A stretch of 64,000 nt of DNA. Source: a virus. This document shows, piece after piece, positions 1-10,070 of this stretch. The stretch is taken from positions 32,001 through 96,000 of IMG/VR virus record IMGVR_UViG_3300028027_000002; one strand, written 5' to 3'. Each line of letters opens with the position of its first letter. Positions within the stretch are counted from its first letter, which is position 1. The notes under the pieces were generated by a model, which worked only from the letters and a program-made list of their open reading frames with translations, was not told the origin of the DNA and made no database searches. The translations under genes and the position numbers were made by a program.

Positions 1-3000
1 AAAATACAAGTTTTAGAATTGTTATTAAAATTAATTACATAGACCAGGGAAGCAATGCAGATGACTACGAATTTTTAATTAATGGTGTCACCGCTGGTCA
101 GTGGTCAGAAGAATTTAACTCGTCTTCGCTTGGAGTCGATGGATATTTTGTTCCAAACAATATAGCAATAGAACCCACTTACGGAATTAACGCCAATGCT
201 TATGGACTACAAGACAAAAAAGGATATTATCTTATGTCAAATAAAAGTCTTATGGCAAAAAATACTGGAATCCCTTTAGTGTATGGTGCTTCGAACCTTA
301 CAAAACTTTTACCAAATTCAAACTCTTATGGAATGGTACATGAGGTTCGTAGAGATCCTGACGCCTACCTATTTGCTGGTACATCTAATCCAATAGTTAC
401 AGTTACCCGTGGATCAACTTATACTTTTAGCATGAAGACTCCTGGATACCCACTTGCGATACAAACAGTATCTGGAGAGTACAACTCTGCTAGTGAATAT
501 AATAATGGAATAAATAATTCTGGAGCAGATGTTGGAGATATTACTTGGGTTGTTCAGGAAGACTCTCCAGACAACCTTTATTATGTTTGCAAAAATAATC
601 CAGAGATGAGCGGAATAATAAATGTTGTAGATCCAGCCCCGAAACCTTCACTGATTATTCCAGGGCAAGGGTTTTTGGGTGCTGACGGACAATACAAACA
701 ATACACTTTAGAGGCTTGGGTAAGAATTAACTCAGACTCACAAACATTGAAAAGAATTATTGGGCCAATAGGATCAGATGATGGAGTTTATGTTGAAGGC
801 CCATTCTTGATTTTAAAAATAGGATCAAACTTTGGTTCCTATTATGTTGGAGAATGGTATCGCCCCATGCTTATGCATATTCGAGTTGGAGAAAATAATT
901 CTTCTTTGCTTATTAATGGAGAAGAAGTAATATCATTAAGGTATTTAACCGAAGAGTTGAACTTGCCGACCACAATGGATTCCAATAGAAAAAATCAAGA
1001 TTGGATTGGTTTTTATGCATACGAAGATGTATCCCCAATAGAAATTGACTGTGTTGCATTGTATACTTATAATGTTCCTTTGGTCTTGGCTAAGAAAAGA
1101 TTTGTTTATGGACAGGGAGTTGAGTTTCCAGAGGGAATTAATCAAGCCTATAGTGGTTCATCTATTTATATAGATTATCCATTTGCAGAGTATGCAAATA
1201 ATTATTCATACCCCAACATAGGAAACTGGTCTCAAGGAATAGTTGATAATTTAAAAACAGATAGTGGGCTTTTATCTACTCCAGATTATAAGTTGCCAGA
1301 CATTGTTCTGTCAGGGTTTTCTGTAGAAAATCTTTCTTCTAGTTTTTATCCACAAGACGAAGATGGTTTATCTTTTTCTTTTGGAGAACTTCAAGGATCA
1401 TATATGTATTTTGACAACTTAAACTTTTTAAAAGAAAAGGTTAAGTCTTTTTATGGGTCTTTTAAATTTACCTCTGTTCCAGAAACAAAGCAGGTATTGT
1501 TCAGGGCTGAGTCAAAAACATCAACAAACTATTTTGAAATATCTTGTACAGGAACATCAATAGTTTATACCTTAAACTATAATCAAATAGAAGAGGTTCT
1601 GCTAACCTTATCTCCTGTAGCGCTTGAAGAAATATTCTCTGTAGGTGTAGATGTAGAAACTATCTCTAAGTATTTTGGAGGAAATGTTGCATCTTTCTTT
1701 GGTAACTTTAGCAGTCTTGGCTTTTATATTGCAGGAAGTTCAAATCCATCAGAAACATTTTCTGGTAAAGCATACAGGGTGGGTTTTTGTACTTCTAGAA
1801 ATCACAGATACATTAAAGATTTTTTTAATGAAAAGGGTATTGTTATAGAAAATGATAGCGTGTTCTTGGAGTATATTCAAACTCCAGACGTAGAGTACAA
1901 CTCTACAGAAGATTACTTTGGTAATAATCCTGCAGAGTGGGATTCAATTGTCGATTCAGGAATGTTAACTGATGTGTCCGCAAATACCCTTCAATCACAC
2001 ACAGCAAGTTATACCCTGTCTCCAATAATTAATTTTGGATCTTACTCCCTAGACATTGATGTCCAAGGATATTGGGAGGACTATGTCCCACTTACTTATT
2101 TTGCTAAGTATATAACCGATAGTAAAAATAAACCGTACTATGACTTAGATTTTATTCAGTTTAACATAAACTATCCAGCACCATCTGTTTTTATAGAAGA
2201 AGAGCAGTTTGGGTCTTGGACATATGAAGAACTATATGATGAATACAGCGTTCCAGTGCAAAGAGACTATGCTTCATTAGACAATCAACTTTTTAACGGA
2301 TATCTAGATTATACAGACCTAAGAGATAGAGCCTTTAGAAACTATAAGTATGACACATCAAACTCTTTAGTAAAATCTTACATTACATTTCAATATATCA
2401 AGAATGGTGCAAACCTTTCGTCAGAAAATTTTATAAATATTCAAAAACCGTCTAATGATTCTTTTGTTATTCCAGGTGAAGACTGGAGAACAACAAAGTA
2501 TGAGGTTGTAGATAACATGGTTATATATACTCCAAAAGATGTCAGCAATCTAGATATTGCAATAGTTACACATCTTGAGTTTAATGTAAAGGGTATACTA
2601 AAGAACAAGGTTGCTCTTAGAACGCTAGAGTATTGCTCTCAAGCATTTAACAATACATCTACAAATCCTGTTGGTACCAGGTTTGGTCATAATCTTTATC
2701 CTTATAAAAAATCTGGATTCTACTACGACTACAAGTCTGAAAATCCTTTTACAATTTATAAAGGAACTTCTCCGTATTTATATTTAACAAGATATAGCGG
2801 TATAGGAATAAAGGGAGTAATAGATCCAAAGGTTAACAGAGGACTATCTGTTTCAATTAATAAAGAAAAATCAGACAACTTTAAAGTTATGGCTATGCAA
2901 ATGGCAGTTAGATATGACAAAGACTCTTTCCCATATGGATCTGTAGAGGTGTTCGAAATTAAGTCAAAAGACAGACATATAAAGTTTTACATGTCAGCAA

Positions 3001-3548
3001 TTCATCCAACTGGTCAAAGAGCAAAAATCTACGCAGTAGATGTAAATACTGGAAGAATAGAAAACAAGGTCAGGTTTTATCTTAATGGCAGTCCAGTTAA
3101 AGACCCAGTTTTAACAGTCAAAGAGTGGGCCTTTTTGGGAATATCTTTTTCAAAAGTTTTAGATTTCAAGAATAGGGTTGGAACTATTAATTTAAATGGT
3201 CCACTCACATTTAACACAATCTCCTACTATGAATCAACCAACCTTCAAGATGTTCAAGAGACAGAGTTTAGAAAGTGGTTTGGTGTAAAGTATATTGCCC
3301 CAGAAAATATAGAGTGGAATTACTGGCTAACAGGCGGTTCTGACTGGGACGGAGTTGCAGTACTATCTAAAACTAATTATTATGGGGTTGATCCTTCAAC
3401 AATTTATAAGAGTTATACTGGAACAAATAAGATTATTATAGATAGTGAGGCCTCTTTGGTCATTAATAATGAAAGATCTCTAACAGACTATGAGTATAGG
3501 CTCTATTCTGGTATAAAGTCGAAGACAATAACCGTTACTGCTATCTAA
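1..3548 (+). CDS. Large virion structural protein (LamG/ConA-like beta domains with inserted cupredoxin-like domain); 5' end lies outside the window
   Basis: Frame is open from position 3 to the ATG at 234, so the gene is truncated by the window. LamG-like segments (YTLEAWVRIN; WAFLGISF); located upstream of the portal. Confidence 0.6.
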   Translation, partial: NTSFRIVIKINYIDQGSNADDYEFLINGVTAGQWSEEFNSSSLGVDGYFVPNNIAIEPTYGINANAYGLQDKKGYYLMSNKSLMAKNTGIPLVYGASNLTKLLPNSNSYGMVHEVRRDPDAYLFAGTSNPIVTVTRGSTYTFSMKTPGYPLAIQTVSGEYNSASEYNNGINNSGADVGDITWVVQEDSPDNLYYVCKNNPEMSGIINVVDPAPKPSLIIPGQGFLGADGQYKQYTLEAWVRINSDSQTLKRIIGPIGSDDGVYVEGPFLILKIGSNFGSYYVGEWYRPMLMHIRVGENNSSLLINGEEVISLRYLTEELNLPTTMDSNRKNQDWIGFYAYEDVSPIEIDCVALYTYNVPLVLAKKRFVYGQGVEFPEGINQAYSGSSIYIDYPFAEYANNYSYPNIGNWSQGIVDNLKTDSGLLSTPDYKLPDIVLSGFSVENLSSSFYPQDEDGLSFSFGELQGSYMYFDNLNFLKEKVKSFYGSFKFTSVPETKQVLFRAESKTSTNYFEISCTGTSIVYTLNYNQIEEVLLTLSPVALEEIFSVGVDVETISKYFGGNVASFFGNFSSLGFYIAGSSNPSETFSGKAYRVGFCTSRNHRYIKDFFNEKGIVIENDSVFLEYIQTPDVEYNSTEDYFGNNPAEWDSIVDSGMLTDVSANTLQSHTASYTLSPIINFGSYSLDIDVQGYWEDYVPLTYFAKYITDSKNKPYYDLDFIQFNINYPAPSVFIEEEQFGSWTYEELYDEYSVPVQRDYASLDNQLFNGYLDYTDLRDRAFRNYKYDTSNSLVKSYITFQYIKNGANLSSENFINIQKPSNDSFVIPGEDWRTTKYEVVDNMVIYTPKDVSNLDIAIVTHLEFNVKGILKNKVALRTLEYCSQAFNNTSTNPVGTRFGHNLYPYKKSGFYYDYKSENPFTIYKGTSPYLYLTRYSGIGIKGVIDPKVNRGLSVSINKEKSDNFKVMAMQMAVRYDKDSFPYGSVEVFEIKSKDRHIKFYMSAIHPTGQRAKIYAVDVNTGRIENKVRFYLNGSPVKDPVLTVKEWAFLGISFSKVLDFKNRVGTINLNGPLTFNTISYYESTNLQDVQETEFRKWFGVKYIAPENIEWNYWLTGGSDWDGVAVLSKTNYYGVDPSTIYKSYTGTNKIIIDSEASLVINNERSLTDYEYRLYSGIKSKTITVTAI

Positions 3549-3566
3549 TATGGTATACTTTAGTAT

Positions 3567-3971
3567 ATGAATATGGAAAATCCACGTAAAAAGAAAAAGG
3601 CATTGCCTAAAATGAAGGGGCAAGTGGGTGAGTCCCGTGCAAAAATTATTGAAAAGCACTACGACTGGGGCCTTTATGTATACAAAAAAGCAAATGGCAA
3701 GTGGTTTACTGATGGAAATGGTTCTGTATTAAACATTGAGTCTATGAAGGGTGATATTCTGCAGATATCAAAACTCAAAGATGCTGCTAAATATTACGGG
3801 GATGAAGGAGATGGCGAGTGCATCTTCGTGCCAGGACTAACAAGAATCTCAGAAGAAGAATACTCTGAGCAGAAACAAAGACTTTCAGAAGGCCTGATTC
3901 CTTCTATGAATGACCTTGGAGCAGTACAAGCAGCCAAGGATACTATTGCAAAATATGGAAGTGATGACTAA
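3567..3971 (+). CDS. Hypothetical protein upstream of portal (leaderless)
   Basis: 134-aa ORF; TGGTATACT at 3551-3559 ends 7 nt before the ATG; TAATG overlap with the portal gene. Confidence 0.75.
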   Translation: MNMENPRKKKKALPKMKGQVGESRAKIIEKHYDWGLYVYKKANGKWFTDGNGSVLNIESMKGDILQISKLKDAAKYYGDEGDGECIFVPGLTRISEEEYSEQKQRLSEGLIPSMNDLGAVQAAKDTIAKYGSDD

Positions 3972-5578
3972 TGAGTGAAGACAAAGAATTTTTTATTAGA
4001 GCAAAGACAGATACCCCACTTCCAGAGGATGATACTTTTACAAAGCAGGATCCATTTAATCAGTCTTGGGATGTAATAAAAGATTTGCAGGGACTTGACA
4101 GTAACTTTAAAAGAAGAACTTCTCGAATCATTAAAGGAGAAGCAACTCAGGCATACATGGACAGTTCAAGAGCAGACAGCGTTGGAATCAATGGAGCAAG
4201 ATCTAAAGAGATAAACTCAGGAACTGTATTTAGAAATGCTTATGGTTTGTTTGATGTTATTACCCCACCATGGAACTTGTATGAACTTGCAAGTTTCTAC
4301 GATACATCATTTGCTAACCATGCTGCAATTGATGCTAAAGTAGAGAACATTGTTGGACTTGGGTATGAGTTTAAAATTTCAAAAAGAACTATGCTTAAGT
4401 TAGAGGCATCTGAACCAAAGACTTCAGAAAATGCAAGAAAAAGAATTGAAAGAGCAAAGATTGAAATGACTGATTGGCTTGAGTCACTAAACGACGAAGA
4501 CTCATTTACAACAACCATGGAAAAGGTCTTTACTGATCTTCAGTCAACTGGTAACGCTTACCTTGAAATTGGCAGAACCACTCGTGGAGATATTGGATAT
4601 GTTGGTCATATCCCATCTACAACAATGCGTGTTCGTAGACTTCGTGATGGTTTTGTTCAGGTTATTGCAAACAAGGTTGTTTATTTCCGTAACTTTGGTG
4701 CAACGAATCCCAACCCGCTTGGAACAGATCCAAGACCAAACGAAATCATTCATTTTAAAGAATACTCACCTCTAAATACTTTTTATGGAGTTCCAGACAT
4801 CATGTCTGCAATTGGATCATTGCACGGAGATCAACTTGCGTCACAGTACAACATTGATTATTTCCAAAACAAAGCAACTCCAAGATATGTTGTAACTCTC
4901 AAGGGTGCAAAGTTATCTGCCGAAGCAGAGGACAAGATGTTTAGATTTTTGCAGACAGGGCTTAAGGGTCAAAATCACAGAACTCTTTATATCCCACTGC
5001 CAGGAGACTCTGATACCAACAAGGTAGAGTTTAAGATGGACCCTGTAGAAAATGGCGTTCAGGAAGCATCATTTAGAGAATATAGAAAGCAGAATAGAGA
5101 CGACATTCTTGTTGCTCACCAAGTTCCTCTTTCTAAGATTGGTGGATCTGACTCTTCAGCAATTGCTGCTGCGCTCTCACAAGACCGCACATTTAAAGAG
5201 CAGGTTGCAAGACCAGCACAGAGAAACCTTGAAAAGATGATCAATAAGATCATAAAAGAAAAAACAGATATTCTTGAGTTTAAGTTTAATGAACTTACAC
5301 TTACAGATGAAATTGCTCAATCACAGATTATCGAAAGACTTGTAAAGACTCAGGTAATGCTTCCAAATGAAGGTCGAGAACTTCTTGGTCTTCCGCAGAT
5401 AGAAGGTGGCAACGAGCCTTTTGATCCAAAGCCAGAACAAGCAGCAAACGATAATGCGGACAGAGCAAGGGATACTGAAAGAACTAACAACCAGTCTGAT
5501 GGACCAGCCACAGTAAGTGGAAGAAATCCAAAAGGTGAAGGTCGTAAAGTTGATGATGTGCCCGAAATGTCCAAATAG
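3971..5578 (+). CDS. Portal protein (HK97/PBSX-like)
   Basis: 535 aa; motifs TGNAYLEI, EIIHFK..FYGVP, ILVAHQVP, PNEGRELLGLP; position before protease and capsid genes. Confidence 0.92.
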   Translation: MSEDKEFFIRAKTDTPLPEDDTFTKQDPFNQSWDVIKDLQGLDSNFKRRTSRIIKGEATQAYMDSSRADSVGINGARSKEINSGTVFRNAYGLFDVITPPWNLYELASFYDTSFANHAAIDAKVENIVGLGYEFKISKRTMLKLEASEPKTSENARKRIERAKIEMTDWLESLNDEDSFTTTMEKVFTDLQSTGNAYLEIGRTTRGDIGYVGHIPSTTMRVRRLRDGFVQVIANKVVYFRNFGATNPNPLGTDPRPNEIIHFKEYSPLNTFYGVPDIMSAIGSLHGDQLASQYNIDYFQNKATPRYVVTLKGAKLSAEAEDKMFRFLQTGLKGQNHRTLYIPLPGDSDTNKVEFKMDPVENGVQEASFREYRKQNRDDILVAHQVPLSKIGGSDSSAIAAALSQDRTFKEQVARPAQRNLEKMINKIIKEKTDILEFKFNELTLTDEIAQSQIIERLVKTQVMLPNEGRELLGLPQIEGGNEPFDPKPEQAANDNADRARDTERTNNQSDGPATVSGRNPKGEGRKVDDVPEMSK

Positions 5579-5616
5579 TGATACTTTAGCAAAAAAGGGT
5601 ATATAATATAATAACC

Positions 5617-6975
5617 ATGATTATCTCTAAAGCCAATTGGAATACAGATGGAGACAACCTCCGCCTATCTATGCCACTTACTAAGGTGGATAAAGAGCGT
5701 CGAATCGTTTCAGGATTTGCATCTCTAGACAATATTGATAAGCAAGATGATATTGTAACAGCAGAAGCATCAATGGATGCATTTGCAAAATTCCGTGGGA
5801 ACATTAGAGAAATGCACCAGCCATTAGCAGTAGGCAAGATGGTAGACTTTAAAGCAGAAAAGTATTTCGATCCAGAATCAAAGAAGTTTTATAACGGAGT
5901 ATTCGTATCCGCATATGTTTCAAAAGGTGCACAAGATACTTGGGAAAAAGTTCTAGACGGAACACTTGCTGGTTTTTCTATTGGCGGAAGAATGAACAAG
6001 TGGGATGATGCTTATGACGAGAAGTCAGATAAGTCAATCCGTGTTATTAAGCAGTATGATTTAGTTGAGTTGAGTCTTGTAGATTCCCCAGCAAATCAAT
6101 TTGCAAACATCGTATCTGTTGAAAAGGTAGATGGCGTAGATGTAATTAAGGCTGATGAAACAGTTTTAGAAAATGTATTTTATGATAAGGAAAATGGAAT
6201 AGTCCTTGCATCTGAAAATGAATCAGAGTTAAGCCCAATAACTGGTGAGCAAATGGAAAACATAGGTTTCGTTGAAAAAACGGATAACGAAAAACTAAAT
6301 ATGATAAAATTCTTAGTCGATAGTGCTAAAGGCATTAATACTTCTAAGATTAACAAGGAGGAAAACCTTATGGCAAAATCAACAAAAAACACAGTTGAAG
6401 AGATCGTTGAGAAATCTGATATTGCAGTTGAAGTAACAGAGGTCGCTCCAGAGGCAGATGCGAAAGCAGATGTAGTAGAGACTCCAGCAGAAGAAGTTTC
6501 AACAGAGAAGGCTGCGAAAGCACCATCTTCTGGCGAAGAAGATGCTGAAGAAGATGCTGCGGAAACTCCAGCAGATGAAGAGGCAGAGGCTAAGAAGCCA
6601 ATGGCTCCTAAGTCAGATGAAGTAGTTGTAGAAGCACCAGTTGCAGAAACAGTTACAGAAACAACTGATGGTCTTGAAAAAGCCTTTAGCGATCTAGTAG
6701 AAGTTGTCAAATCATTACAAACAGAGGTAGAACTTTTGAAGTCTACCAAGGTTGATATTGAAGTGGCACAAACATCATTTGAAGCAGTTGCAAAAGATAT
6801 TGCATCAGCAACAAGTGTATTTAATGAATTTGGTAAGCGTGTGGAACTTGTAGAGCAAGACACTGCTTTCCGAAAGTCTGGCGATCTCGGCGAGATAGTA
6901 CAGAATCAGCCTGAAACGGTTGAAAAATCCCTATGGGGCGGTAGTTTCCTCAAAACAGCCGACTTATTCAATTAA
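5617..6975 (+). CDS. Prohead maturation protease fused to scaffold domain
   Basis: HK97-type protease motifs (VSGFAS..D.Q.D, REMH, GFSIGG, LVELSLVDSPAN) followed by an acidic Ala/Glu-rich coiled-coil tail. Confidence 0.88.
   Translation: MIISKANWNTDGDNLRLSMPLTKVDKERRIVSGFASLDNIDKQDDIVTAEASMDAFAKFRGNIREMHQPLAVGKMVDFKAEKYFDPESKKFYNGVFVSAYVSKGAQDTWEKVLDGTLAGFSIGGRMNKWDDAYDEKSDKSIRVIKQYDLVELSLVDSPANQFANIVSVEKVDGVDVIKADETVLENVFYDKENGIVLASENESELSPITGEQMENIGFVEKTDNEKLNMIKFLVDSAKGINTSKINKEENLMAKSTKNTVEEIVEKSDIAVEVTEVAPEADAKADVVETPAEEVSTEKAAKAPSSGEEDAEEDAAETPADEEAEAKKPMAPKSDEVVVEAPVAETVTETTDGLEKAFSDLVEVVKSLQTEVELLKSTKVDIEVAQTSFEAVAKDIASATSVFNEFGKRVELVEQDTAFRKSGDLGEIVQNQPETVEKSLWGGSFLKTADLFN
6370..6975 (+). 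CDS. Nested in-frame scaffold protein (internal start)
   Basis: AAGGAGG (6355-6361) precedes an in-frame ATG at 6370 at the protease/acidic-tail boundary; analogous to lambda C/Nu3. Confidence 0.6.
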   Translation: MAKSTKNTVEEIVEKSDIAVEVTEVAPEADAKADVVETPAEEVSTEKAAKAPSSGEEDAEEDAAETPADEEAEAKKPMAPKSDEVVVEAPVAETVTETTDGLEKAFSDLVEVVKSLQTEVELLKSTKVDIEVAQTSFEAVAKDIASATSVFNEFGKRVELVEQDTAFRKSGDLGEIVQNQPETVEKSLWGGSFLKTADLFN

Positions 6976-7011
6976 AAAACAAATAAGTAAAAAATCACAG
7001 GAGGTGACAAT

Positions 7012-8160
7012 ATGTCGGAACAAAATATAGAAAAGAACCAGCCTGGAACATCAGGTAATCTTGGTGGAACAGCACCAGGACTGTATCAGGGACAAGGTGC
7101 ATTCGCATCAGGCTCAGACGCAGGTTCAAACGTACCAGGTAATTACACCGATGGTGGCGTGTTAGGAAATATCCCAACAGCACTATCAGGCGTTACATCT
7201 GGACCAAATGCAGTTAACCCTTCAGGTGAGGCTGGATCAGGTATCCTACGCCCAGAGCAAGCACGTCGTTTTATTGACTACGTGTGGGATGCAACCATTC
7301 TCGCCCAAGATGGCCGTCGCGTTACAATGAGAGCCAACACAATGGAACTCGAAAAGGTAAACGTCGGAGAGCGTGTAATTCGTGCAGCAGCGCAAGCAGT
7401 TGGCGACTACACAAACGCAGGTGCAACATTCTCAAAGGTTGAATTGACTACAAAGAAGATTCGTCTTGACTGGGAAGTATCTGCAGAAGCACTAGAAGAT
7501 AATATCGAAGGAGCAGCACTAGAAGATCACATTGTCCGTTTGATGACAAATGCTTTTGGTAACGATATCGAAGACCTTGCTATTAATGGTACAGGTTCAG
7601 GTAGCGATGCATTCCTTGGAATTATGAACGGTTTCGTAAACCGTGTTAAGACTGATGGAGATGCACATGAGTCTGTTGTAACAGTCGCTAATAACGCCTG
7701 GACACCAGAAGTTATGCAGAACATCATTCTAGCAATGCCACGTAAGTATCGTGCAATCAAGAACAATCTAAAGTTCTATGCTGGTACAGATGTATTCCAG
7801 GGAATCGTTAAGAATAACGGTACTTTGGCAGACGCAGTTGCTGAAGCATTTGCTTCACGTGCTGGTGGTACTCCAGGAAATCGTCAAGCATACCTTGATG
7901 GTGGAGCACAGACATTCGGTGGAGCACGTACAACACGTGTTCTCGGAGTAGACGTACAAGAAGTTCCTTACTACCCTGCAGGATATGTCGACTTGACATT
8001 CCCACAGAACCGTGTATGGGGATTCCAGCGTGACATCACTGTAAACCGTGAATACAAGCCAAAGAAGGATACTGTAGAATACACAGTCTTCGTTCGCTTC
8101 GGTCTTCAGTGGGAAGAGCAAGATGCAATCGCATTCGCTGACGCTGCATCAGATGCATAA
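7012..8160 (+). CDS. Major capsid protein (HK97 fold)
   Basis: 382 aa after the scaffold; strong SD AGGAGG; GILRPEQARRF, EALEDNIEG, EDLAINGT motifs; followed by a terminator. Confidence 0.92.
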   Translation: MSEQNIEKNQPGTSGNLGGTAPGLYQGQGAFASGSDAGSNVPGNYTDGGVLGNIPTALSGVTSGPNAVNPSGEAGSGILRPEQARRFIDYVWDATILAQDGRRVTMRANTMELEKVNVGERVIRAAAQAVGDYTNAGATFSKVELTTKKIRLDWEVSAEALEDNIEGAALEDHIVRLMTNAFGNDIEDLAINGTGSGSDAFLGIMNGFVNRVKTDGDAHESVVTVANNAWTPEVMQNIILAMPRKYRAIKNNLKFYAGTDVFQGIVKNNGTLADAVAEAFASRAGGTPGNRQAYLDGGAQTFGGARTTRVLGVDVQEVPYYPAGYVDLTFPQNRVWGFQRDITVNREYKPKKDTVEYTVFVRFGLQWEEQDAIAFADAASDA

Positions 8161-8178
8161 TCTGTAAACAGTACAATT

Positions 8179-8214
8179 TAGGGGGAGTAGGAGTTAGTTC
8201 TCCTGCTCCCCTTA
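8179..8214 (+). terminator. Hairpin terminator after major capsid gene
   Basis: GGGGAGTAGGAG/CTCCTGCTCCCC 12-bp stem followed by TTATTACTT. Confidence 0.75.
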
Positions 8215-8250
8215 TTACTTATAATGATATAATACTAACAAGGAGGAATT

Positions 8251-8700
8251 ATGGAAAACATTAATGAAAATCCAATTGTAGAAGAAACAACATACGAATC
8301 ACCAGTTTTTGAAGCACCCGTTGTAGAAGAACCTGTTGTAGAAGCCCCAGTGGTTGAGCATGTAGAAGAAACTCCAATTGTAGAAGAGGCTGCTCAAGAA
8401 GTAGTTGAAGCACCTGCATACCAGGCACCTGAAGAAGTTCAGGCACTTGGATCAGTAGCAGCAGGAGTCATTGGAGCAACAACAGCACCAAAGGCAACTG
8501 AAAGAAAGAAGAGCGCAAAGGTTGCAGAGCCTAAAGAAACTGTAGCACTTTACTCAACAAAGAATGTAACATGGTCAGAGGTGGGTAAGGTCTATCGTGG
8601 CTATAACATTGTTAGCAAGGATGCTGCTGAAAAGTGGCTTACTCGTTCACACATTCGCATAGCAACCCCAGAAGAAGTTGCCAAGGAATTCGGTAAGTAA
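8251..8700 (+). CDS. Hypothetical head-region protein with acidic (E/A/P/V) repeat N-terminus
   Basis: SD AAGGAGG; promoter TGATATAAT 8225-8233; VEEP/VEAP repeats. Confidence 0.75.
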   Translation: MENINENPIVEETTYESPVFEAPVVEEPVVEAPVVEHVEETPIVEEAAQEVVEAPAYQAPEEVQALGSVAAGVIGATTAPKATERKKSAKVAEPKETVALYSTKNVTWSEVGKVYRGYNIVSKDAAEKWLTRSHIRIATPEEVAKEFGK

Positions 8701-8703
8701 TTC

Positions 8704-9624
8704 ATGGAGATATTGAGAGTTCCGCCATACGATGACATTGTTGTAAATTTTGTTGTACCTTCAGGGTACGAAGATGCAGATATTTACGCAAGGGTAACAG
8801 ATATGGCGGACCTTTCAGTACAAACTTTAGATTTTAATGGTTGGTCAACAGGTGATAACATAAACATATATCTTCCTGGAAGGTATGATAATAACTACAG
8901 AGTAGAGATTTTTACAATTGGCGAGGGTGAAGAATTAATTCACGAAGAGTACTACGAACTAGTTCGACCATATGTAGATCCAAACACATTAGGAACAACT
9001 GCATCAGAGATTGCAGAATATAAAATTTTAGAATTAGTAGCAAGATCCATGATAGACACATTTGTGCCAGAAGGATTTTATAACAAAAAGATAACAATAG
9101 TTGGAACTGGTAACGGATCAGATTACTTTTCTTTATGGGAAAAGGTTTACAGAATATTTAAGGTTTATGAGAACAATGTTTTAGTTTATGATAGATCAAA
9201 TCCAGACTTAGGTGACTATCAATATGCAATAACACCAGATAAGACTGCTATACAAAGAGTTCGTGCAGATGTGCTTGAGTTAAATAGGTATGAGTCAACA
9301 GCACAAAATCTACCAGTAGCAAGTGGAGACCTTGGCTACTATGGATACGAAGGAATATCTTTCCCGTCAGGATATGACTACACATTTGTTGTAGACCATG
9401 GATATTTGAATGTTCCTGACGATGTTGTGCATGCAGCCAAGTTATTAATTGAAGATCTTAAGTGTGGAAAGTTAGATTATTACAAGAGATACATAACAGC
9501 ATATAATACAGATCAGTTTAGAATTCAGTTTGATAAGGCAATGCTTGGCGGTACTGGTAACTTCTTAGTTGATAAGATACTTGACAAATATGTTAAGACC
9601 ATTGTCAAGCCAGGGATAATTTAA
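8704..9624 (+). CDS. Putative head-tail adaptor
   Basis: Position; C-terminal HGY..VP.DV..A..LL and TGN..VD.ILDKY motifs typical of adaptors. Confidence 0.6.
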   Translation: MEILRVPPYDDIVVNFVVPSGYEDADIYARVTDMADLSVQTLDFNGWSTGDNINIYLPGRYDNNYRVEIFTIGEGEELIHEEYYELVRPYVDPNTLGTTASEIAEYKILELVARSMIDTFVPEGFYNKKITIVGTGNGSDYFSLWEKVYRIFKVYENNVLVYDRSNPDLGDYQYAITPDKTAIQRVRADVLELNRYESTAQNLPVASGDLGYYGYEGISFPSGYDYTFVVDHGYLNVPDDVVHAAKLLIEDLKCGKLDYYKRYITAYNTDQFRIQFDKAMLGGTGNFLVDKILDKYVKTIVKPGII

Positions 9625-10070
9625 TGATATGCGAAGAGCCAGACTTTATATTCCCAATGCTTGCAGATGTCTATCATCCAATAGTTGAGCAGGGAGTTTA
9701 CGGTAACGTAGAAAAGACATGGATTCTAGATAGAACAATTGCCTGTTCTTTCGCACCAGCAGGCGGAGCATTTAAAGAAGAAGTAACTCCCAATGTAAAT
9801 ATAACACAAGATAAAATTCTTATTGGCAGAGCAAAGACAGACATAAGAATGTCAAGCCTTGAAGCAAAAAACTCAATTACAAATGTTATAGTTACAAACC
9901 TTAGAGACAAAAACTGTAACGAAATACACTTAGAAACATCTGGTCCCCGTGCAGGCAAGTCTACTATCTTTGAGATTGCAACACAAGATCCTTTCGTAGG
10001 TCCATTCGGTTCAACAGAGTATTACAAGTTAATCATAAGAAGGTCTGAGAATCAGGCGGTAGATGTATGA
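9624..10070 (+). CDS. Putative head-closure (stopper) protein
   Basis: 148-aa beta-rich ORF in canonical neck gene order; translationally coupled. Confidence 0.5.
   Translation: MICEEPDFIFPMLADVYHPIVEQGVYGNVEKTWILDRTIACSFAPAGGAFKEEVTPNVNITQDKILIGRAKTDIRMSSLEAKNSITNVIVTNLRDKNCNEIHLETSGPRAGKSTIFEIATQDPFVGPFGSTEYYKLIIRRSENQAVDV

Noticed and set aside
6180-6863. Long minus-strand ORFs (also 17040-17540, 29124-29786, 46667-47431, 48780-49523)
   Set aside because: Antisense shadows of biased or low-complexity plus-strand genes; Ser/Ala-rich with no SD, promoter or motifs.
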